A model generated the notes under the pieces. That model saw only the letters and a program-made list of their open reading frames with translations, was not told the DNA's origin and searched no databases. Below, one piece after another: positions 57,580 to 64,000 of a stretch of 64,000 nt of DNA. The number at the start of each line of letters is the position of its first letter. Positions within the stretch are counted from its first letter, which is position 1. A program made the translations under genes and the position numbers. The stretch is from Thainema sp. (GTDB lineage Bacteria; Cyanobacteriota; Cyanobacteriia; Phormidesmidales; Phormidesmidaceae). Location: contig JBQLZK010000032.1 of NCBI GenBank assembly GCA_052168235.1, positions 13,145 through 77,144 on the forward strand, given 5' to 3'.

Positions 57580-59073
57580 ATGGTTGCTCAAGCCCCCTCA
57601 CAACGACCGGAGTTGGAGGCAACTCGCTCCGGCTTTCCCAATATTTGTGGATGGGAATCGGATATTACGGCTGTGGTGCAGCATGACGATCCCGTATTTC
57701 TGCCCGTTACTAACCTCAGCCTCGACAAAATTTCTGCGGGGTTCGCCTGCGCGCTTCACATGCATCAGCCGACGATTCCGGCAGGTGCCAATGGCGAACT
57801 GATCTGCAATTTGCAGCACATGTTTGAACATCCGGATCAGGGTGACAATCACAACGCCAACGTCTTCGCCTGGTGCTACAGCCGCATGGGTGAATTTATC
57901 CCCAATCTGGTGAACGACGGCTGCAATCCCCGCATCATGCTGGACTATTCCGGTAATTTGCTCTGGGGTTTGCACCAGATGGGTCGCCATGATGTGCTGG
58001 ACAATTTGAAGAAAATTGCCTGCGATCGCACTTACTATCCCTACGTGGAATGGCTCGGCACCATGTGGAGCCATGCGGTCGTACCCTCAACGCCAATTCC
58101 CGATCTGAAGCTGCAAATCCAGGCTTGGCAGCACTACTTCGCGGCTCTGTTTGGCTACGATGCGCTGAAGCGGGTCAAGGGCTTCTCGCCACCGGAAATG
58201 CACCTGCCCAACCACCCCGATACCCTGTACGAATACATCAAAGCGCTGAAGGAGTGCGGCTACCGCTGGCTGATGGTGCAGGAACACTCGGTTGAACGTC
58301 TGGACGGCTCCGGCATCTGGCACGAGCACAAGTACGTTCCCAATCGTCTGGTCGCCCGCAACACCCGAGGCGAAACCATCAGCATCACAGCGCTGATTAA
58401 AACCCAAGGCTCCGATACCAAGCTAGTCGCACAAATGCAGCCTTACCACGAAGCCAAAGGTCGCGGTCGGCAGCCAATTGGCGACCAGAATGTGCCCTCC
58501 TGCGTCACCCAAATCGCCGATGGCGAAAACGGCGGCGTGATGATGAATGAGTTCCCGCGCGATTTCCAGCCCGTTTGGTATGACATCAAAGAGAATGGCC
58601 GCAACGTCGAAGGCGTGGTTGGTCTGAACGGTACAGAGTACATTGAACTGCTAGAAGCCTCTGGTGTGAACCCAGATGACTATCCCACTTGCCAAGCGGT
58701 GCAGCAGCACAAAATCTGGCAGCGGGTTGACCCTGACAGCGCCACACCGGAAAAGGTGCAGGCGGCAATTGAAGAGCTGCAAGCCTCGGATCACCAGTTC
58801 AGTATGGACGGTGCATCCTGGACAAACGACCTCAGTTGGGTACGTGGCTACGAGAATGTGCTTGGCCCAATGGCAACGCTGAGCGCCAAGTTCCACGAAA
58901 AGTTTGACCGCGCGGTGCAGGCTGATCCCTCGGTGACACGGAGCCAGGAGTATCAGGAAGCGCTGCTCTATGTGATGCTGCTGGAGACGAGCTGTTTCCG
59001 CTACTGGGGACAGGGCGCTTGGACGGATTATGCTCAAGAGATTTATCGTCGCGGTGAAAGTGTGATGGGTTAG
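57580..59073 (+). CDS. Glycoside hydrolase family 57 protein
   Basis: LHMHQP, GFSPPEM, IADGENGG, ETSCFRYW. Confidence 0.88.
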   Translation: MVAQAPSQRPELEATRSGFPNICGWESDITAVVQHDDPVFLPVTNLSLDKISAGFACALHMHQPTIPAGANGELICNLQHMFEHPDQGDNHNANVFAWCYSRMGEFIPNLVNDGCNPRIMLDYSGNLLWGLHQMGRHDVLDNLKKIACDRTYYPYVEWLGTMWSHAVVPSTPIPDLKLQIQAWQHYFAALFGYDALKRVKGFSPPEMHLPNHPDTLYEYIKALKECGYRWLMVQEHSVERLDGSGIWHEHKYVPNRLVARNTRGETISITALIKTQGSDTKLVAQMQPYHEAKGRGRQPIGDQNVPSCVTQIADGENGGVMMNEFPRDFQPVWYDIKENGRNVEGVVGLNGTEYIELLEASGVNPDDYPTCQAVQQHKIWQRVDPDSATPEKVQAAIEELQASDHQFSMDGASWTNDLSWVRGYENVLGPMATLSAKFHEKFDRAVQADPSVTRSQEYQEALLYVMLLETSCFRYWGQGAWTDYAQEIYRRGESVMG

Positions 59074-59104
59074 CCCACCGAAATTAATACTGTGATACTG
59101 AACT

Positions 59105-59145
59105 AAAAAAACAGGATGCCTTTTATGAAAGGCATCCTGTTTCTT
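59105..59145. terminator. Bidirectional intrinsic terminator
   Basis: AAAAAAACAGGATGCCTTT-TATG-AAAGGCATCCTGTTTCTT between convergent genes. Confidence 0.75.
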
Positions 59146-59166
59146 GATGGCAAGATATTGGCAGAA

Positions 59167-59928
59167 CTAGACTTGTTCTTGCAGCTTTTTCTCCTGCCGC
59201 TTTTTCCGGAAAGCGGCAATGCCAGCACCTAAGATACTTGGGATCAGAGCAGGCGTCGGTACTTGACCAGTACCAACGCCACTCGCACCCTTATACGTAT
59301 CCCCATATCTGCCATCAGCATTGCTGGTCAGGCTCTGCCAACGCACTAGGAATTGATCCATTCTGACTCTGACGCTTTCACCCAGTGCACCATCATCAAA
59401 AAAGATTCTAGTGTAGAAACTACCTGTATCTCCTAGGGAGACACCACCGTTCCGGCCACCTGGACAGGCATTTCCATCGGTGTAGCAAACATCAACAGTT
59501 CTATAGCCTTCGGGATAATTTCCGTTGATGATGGCGTTATCAAAAGTGCCATTAGACGTGGCAGCCACAGCATCGGGATCAATAGCAAAAGCCAGACCAG
59601 ATAAACGGGCGGAATCCCAAATGTCACTGTTACTCCAGTTAGTCAGCGTTATATCGAAGTCAATATAATCTCGTTGACCATCTTGAGCAGCTACAAACGC
59701 TTTTAGTGCGAAGTTTGCAGTGGCATTAAGTCCTTCAACAGATGTGCCATTAATAGTAGATTCGTAGAAAAAAACATCAAAGGATGTTCCTACATGATCA
59801 GCAGTAAGTTCAGCCCAAGAGGGATCGCGCCAATCCCAAGTAAATGCACTTGCTGGTTCAGCAAACACCACAGACGCTGTAGCAAGCGCACCTGCCACAA
59901 GCGTCCCGGTTAAAAAAGTACGGTTCAT
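59167..59928 (-). CDS. Secreted protein with a PTPA-CTERM sorting signal (cistern-family-like domain)
   Basis: Signal peptide ending PASA; VDVC..GNACPGG; VPTPALIPSILGAGIAAFRKKRQ. Confidence 0.85.
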   Translation of the reverse strand: MNRTFLTGTLVAGALATASVVFAEPASAFTWDWRDPSWAELTADHVGTSFDVFFYESTINGTSVEGLNATANFALKAFVAAQDGQRDYIDFDITLTNWSNSDIWDSARLSGLAFAIDPDAVAATSNGTFDNAIINGNYPEGYRTVDVCYTDGNACPGGRNGGVSLGDTGSFYTRIFFDDGALGESVRVRMDQFLVRWQSLTSNADGRYGDTYKGASGVGTGQVPTPALIPSILGAGIAAFRKKRQEKKLQEQV

Positions 59929-60271
59929 AAATCACCATCTTTGCGTTGGTTCTAAAGAATAAGAACGAGTCTGCACCCTTGCTCAAACAACCCTAAGCTC
60001 GACCTTATCTTTAAGAACATTGTCTTAGATCAAATAACTGAATCTTTTCAATGTGCTCAAGATAACGAGGGTTCAAAGACAGAAAAAGCGATCGCTGGCA
60101 TAGTTTATCCGTACCTTTACAGAGAAGCTCAGATCCTGTACGGCAGAGCAGAGCCTATAATTGTTTAAAGTCAAGCACAGCCAGAATTTCTCTCTGGTCA
60201 GAAATTTTACAAAATTCAGTATTAAATTGCTAGTTGCAGAACCGTAGAAACACAGTCTCTTCACAAAAGCC

Positions 60272-61180
60272 TTACGTTGGCGAATTCGGCGACCTTACGG
60301 AAAACATAACTAAGTAGTAATAAAACGTGATCAGAACTGTCGCAAAGACTTGACCTCCCCAAAAGCCATGCCAAAACTTAAACCAAGCTTGACCCCAATA
60401 TACATAAGCAACGGCAACTAGCATGAGACGAGGTATATTCGCCAAGAACGCCATCATCACACCTACGGTCATAAATTTTATAATTTCAGAGAAAGACTGC
60501 TTAAAGATAAGTCCTATAAATAGGCCAACAGCCGCGACTGTAATGGCCATGTCTAAACCATTACAACCCCAACCCACCTCAACTGCACCTTTGGGAAACA
60601 AAATAAATCTTCCATCTGCTATGGACTGGAAACCCAAACCATTCAGGCCAACTGCTGCAATCTCTGCCATAATGCCTTCCAACGCAAAGGGCGGGAAAAA
60701 AAACTCCCAGACCGCGCGCGAAATGATGCCTAATCTAGGGTAAACCGTTAAACAAATAAAAAATGTAGAAAGCTTGTGCTGCAAGAGGAAAGGCAATCCC
60801 CAAGAACTGATTACTACACCCAACAGAATCATCAGCCAAACGATTGCCTGGGACCAGAGAGCAAAACGACAGAAGGGATACAAGAAAACCCCGAAAACTA
60901 TCAGTGCATGGCCTAAAGTCCTGTCTTCAGGATTAGGAATAATTTTTCTGATCGAATGACGCTGTTGCCAGAGTTCGACGCCAATGAAGCCAAGCATTAC
61001 CAGAATTAGGAACCAACTTGTGGCTCCTTCCATAGCTCGTTTGAACAAGTAGCCAAACCAGGCAGGGAAATAGCACAGACCAACAAATAAACCTGATAGA
61101 ACTATCAATCCATGAACAGTATGTGCAAATTCCAGAACTTGCACAAAACATCGGTAACAAGTTCTCTTATTCCAAATCAT
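60272..61180 (-). CDS. Exosortase (cyanoexosortase C-like)
   Basis: Multi-TM protein with VEVGWGCNG, LANIPR and FWHGFWGG (Cys/Arg/His); adjacent to a PTPA-CTERM gene. Confidence 0.85.
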   Translation of the reverse strand: MIWNKRTCYRCFVQVLEFAHTVHGLIVLSGLFVGLCYFPAWFGYLFKRAMEGATSWFLILVMLGFIGVELWQQRHSIRKIIPNPEDRTLGHALIVFGVFLYPFCRFALWSQAIVWLMILLGVVISSWGLPFLLQHKLSTFFICLTVYPRLGIISRAVWEFFFPPFALEGIMAEIAAVGLNGLGFQSIADGRFILFPKGAVEVGWGCNGLDMAITVAAVGLFIGLIFKQSFSEIIKFMTVGVMMAFLANIPRLMLVAVAYVYWGQAWFKFWHGFWGGQVFATVLITFYYYLVMFSVRSPNSPT

Positions 61181-61271
61181 TACTCTTTATATATAAGTCT
61201 GATTACGCATTCCAGAGCTGATTTTCCAGAGCCCAGTTCAAAACTGGCTTAATATCAACCACCAGATCTCA

Positions 61272-61862
61272 CTACTTTAAGGCAAGCCAGCCTAATCCAA
61301 TTAGGCCAATGCCTGGAATAAAAAGATTGCCTAAACTAACAATTCCTGCACGAGTAATATCTGATTTAGCTCTTTGCTGCAAATTTTCCTCCTGTAATGT
61401 TATTTGTCGAATCGCCTGATCAACCTGCTGTGAACCACCCAAACTACTAGAGTTCTCTTGTATCTGTTCTTTCGCCTGTCGGCTTTGTTGAGAAATATTT
61501 TCAGAGGCTTGTCCTTGAAGCGCTAGCGTATCATGAATAGTTAGTATGCAGCTCATCTGAAATAAAAGACCAATTATTAAACATATAGATGCTAGCTTTT
61601 TGCGTAACTCTGGATTACTAGATAAACTATAAAAAACCAAGCCAAAGCCTAGTAAGAGAGCAATACTGCGATTTGCAACCTGCTCCAGGAAGGTGACTCT
61701 CCACTGAACTGAATATAGATCTGGAGTTAATGCAAAGGCTAATATATTTATTACAAAGCTTGCTAGCGCTGTTATTCCAATTAATAAACAAGCTGCACTG
61801 ATATCGTAACCTTTAAAACTTTTAGATCTTAATGAAGTAGGCATAAAACTACAGTCCTTCAT
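61272..61862 (-). CDS. HpsJ-like membrane protein
   Basis: WRVTFLEQVANRSIALLLG; TM-coiled coil-TM layout. Confidence 0.7.
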   Translation of the reverse strand: MKDCSFMPTSLRSKSFKGYDISAACLLIGITALASFVINILAFALTPDLYSVQWRVTFLEQVANRSIALLLGFGLVFYSLSSNPELRKKLASICLIIGLLFQMSCILTIHDTLALQGQASENISQQSRQAKEQIQENSSSLGGSQQVDQAIRQITLQEENLQQRAKSDITRAGIVSLGNLFIPGIGLIGLGWLALK

Positions 61863-62105
61863 GTAAAAAATTCATGAATACAGATGCAAATGTATGAAAA
61901 CTGTGTATTTACTAGACATTGCACTTGTATAAATACACAAATAGCATACCATTACTATTAGCCTGCAGATAGATCCTGTAATAGGTTATAAAGCAGGTTA
62001 TCAATTTATATCTAAGTAGATATTGATTGGGCTAGGAGCGATCTGCGATCGCTCCTTTTTTGATATCGCTCTTAAAATAAAGGCAACTCTTCACCCCTGT
62101 TTGTC

Positions 62106-62772
62106 ATGGTTACAGCTCACAATTCGGATGCTTCTGCGGTGAGCGTCCCACCGGGCGACCTCTATAGCGATGAGCCAACGATGGAAACTGATTTGCATTT
62201 GCGCCAAATGCTGCTGCTGATTAGCTGCCTGAATTGGCTCTGGCGTGATCGCAATGATTACTTTGCGTCAGGCAATCTCACGGTCTATTTCAGCTCGAAG
62301 CAGATTAAGTCGCAGGATTTTCGTGGCCCGGACTTCTTTGTGGTGCTGGGGACGGAGCGGCGCATGCGCAAAAGCTGGGTGGTGTGGGAAGAGGATGGCA
62401 AGTATCCCAATGTGATTGTGGAACTGCTTTCGAAGAGTACGGCGCAGACTGACCGAGGCGTTAAGAAGGACATTTACCAAAACACGTTTCGTACACCAGA
62501 GTATTTCTGGTTTGATCCGGATTCGCTGGAGTTTGCTGTTTTTTTACTGGTCGGCGGCATCTACGAACCGATGGAACCAAATGAAAAGGGGCACGTCTGA
62601 AGTCGGCAGCTAGAGTTATTTTTAGGCATTAAAGGGGAAAAGCTACGCTTTTTCAAACCTGATGGAGAATTGGTTACCAACCCCAGAAGAGGCAGCAAAG
62701 TTAGCAGAGGAAAAAGCAAATCGGTTTGCAGATAAGTTACAAGAATTAGGTGTTGATCTCGATATAGCTTAA
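62106..62772 (+). pseudogene. Uma2 family endonuclease pseudogene
   Basis: FRGPDFFVV, SWVVWEEDGKYP. In-frame TGA at 62598-62600 where Trp is expected, then SRQLELFLGI...; a frameshift precedes PTPEEA...LQELGVD. Confidence 0.8.
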
Positions 62773-62846
62773 GTATAAAACAGGATATCAAAACGCAAGA
62801 TTAGATTACTCAAGCTTAAGTATAAAACAGGATATCGAAACGCAAG
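62766..62846. repeat. 34-bp direct repeat pair
   Basis: AGCTTAAGTATAAAACAGGATATC(A/G)AAACGCAAG at 62766 and 62813. Confidence 0.85.
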
Positions 62847-62856
62847 TTTCGATCAT

Positions 62857-63954
62857 TCAACTATCTTTTTGCTCTTTTTTTACTTCAAGTCTATCAATTA
62901 AACCATTCAAATAAGCATCGACATAAGACTTTAGAATCAGGCCACTAATTTTCCCATGCTTTCTATTAATTTCTTCTAATAAAGCAAAACGAAATTCTTT
63001 AAGCCAATCTAGCTCTTCAAGCAGCCGAGTATAAATATCAACAGGCTTATATCGACCAGCAAGCGCCCAAAAAACACCTTGTTGATTTTCAAAGCTCATA
63101 GACAAAAGCTTTTGCATGAATTTTTGTACACTTATGGATTTAAGTATAGGAATTTTGCGATATAAGCGGCTTAACTCATCATGTTGACTATTATCATGAT
63201 CTGAGTGAAGCATTCTGTAAAATCGCCAGATATCATTTTGCATAATATCTAGTAAATTTTGAGCTTCATCAGGTACACTCTCTTCTATCGCATGTTCTTG
63301 TGATTTAACAAGATAAGCAGAAAAATCTTGAAATTCCTTTGTTGCAACCTCATAAAAGCCAAGACTTTTGTAACTGCCCCAATCATGATTAGCTTTAGAA
63401 TTTATGAATATTGTTCGTCGATGAAATCTTAAATAATCCACATAAAGCTTGCCATCTTGTAGAATTTCCGCTCTTGATCTAGTATCTACTCCAGCATCAG
63501 AAAACAATAAAAACATCCCAAAGATGTGTTTGATTACCCCAATGTCTTCATATTCATTGGCTTCATAGGCCAGTCTAACTTTCTCAAAAACTTTGTCGAA
63601 TTCTTCATCGGAAGAGAACTCTCTATAATGCCACAATTTTATCCAATCAGGTGTATTTTCATCTTGAAAATATTTACTGCTTTGAATTGATTCCTCTAAT
63701 TGCTGAATATCTGATATCCCTTTATTAAAAAAGGTTTGCCACCATGACTCGTTCGGAAACACCATTGAAGGATTCATAAACAAATGCTTTGCATGCAATA
63801 AATTTTTAAAAAGAATTTTATCCTTTGTATCTGCAGGAGATTCATCAATTTCCTGAATACGTTTTTTGCGCAAATCAGCAATTGCTTCTTGCTGAATTTC
63901 GCCGCTTTTTATTGCAATAGAATAACTTATCAATAGTCTTAAGATAGGGAGCAC
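62857..63954 (-). CDS. AT-rich hypothetical protein, possibly the C-terminal remnant of a larger P-loop NTPase gene
   Basis: 365-aa ORF with no motif I can firmly assign; in-frame TAA at 63997-63999. Confidence 0.55.
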   Translation of the reverse strand: MLPILRLLISYSIAIKSGEIQQEAIADLRKKRIQEIDESPADTKDKILFKNLLHAKHLFMNPSMVFPNESWWQTFFNKGISDIQQLEESIQSSKYFQDENTPDWIKLWHYREFSSDEEFDKVFEKVRLAYEANEYEDIGVIKHIFGMFLLFSDAGVDTRSRAEILQDGKLYVDYLRFHRRTIFINSKANHDWGSYKSLGFYEVATKEFQDFSAYLVKSQEHAIEESVPDEAQNLLDIMQNDIWRFYRMLHSDHDNSQHDELSRLYRKIPILKSISVQKFMQKLLSMSFENQQGVFWALAGRYKPVDIYTRLLEELDWLKEFRFALLEEINRKHGKISGLILKSYVDAYLNGLIDRLEVKKEQKDS

Positions 63955-64000
63955 GTCATCCGCTGAGGAGATGAAAATATAATGGAGTGAGTGCCCTTAT

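Noticed and set aside
62598..62600. TGA as selenocysteine or programmed readthrough
   Set aside because: The position corresponds to Trp, and a second lesion (frameshift) follows, which indicates decay.

Overview
This is a cyanobacterial chromosome segment, judged from abundant HIP1 GCGATCGC sites and an uninterrupted, CnfR-type nif cluster that fits a non-heterocystous filamentous diazotroph. Left to right it carries a GST pseudogene, malQ, three secreted PEP-CTERM amidases, a treS-maltokinase fusion and an SDR. Next come an FGE-domain gene, a CobW GTPase, a Co-type nitrile hydratase (beta, alpha, accessory) and a cyanobacteriochrome histidine kinase. A ~30 kb nif cluster follows: nifB-fdxN-nifSUHDKZ-[Mo-nitrogenase C-term]-nifEN(fused)-nifX-DUF269-DUF683-nifW-hesA-hesB-fdxH-feoA-fdxB on the minus strand, divergent nifP(cysE)-dps-nifV-nifT on the plus strand, then a NifO-like operon and cnfR. 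The window ends with a Nif11-domain small protein, glgA, a GH57 gene, a PTPA-CTERM/cyanoexosortase/HpsJ-like locus and a Uma2 pseudogene. Intergenic DNA is dense with nested palindromic repeats and MITEs. The most notable candidates are (i) a possible NtcA-linked nitrile/amide nitrogen-scavenging system next to nif, (ii) a Nif11 domain fused to a NirP1-like tail beside cnfR, (iii) a nifE-nifN fusion whose linker is an 8-bp tandem repeat, and (iv) MITEs that insert into the loops of other hairpin repeats. All family assignments are from motif recognition, not database searches.
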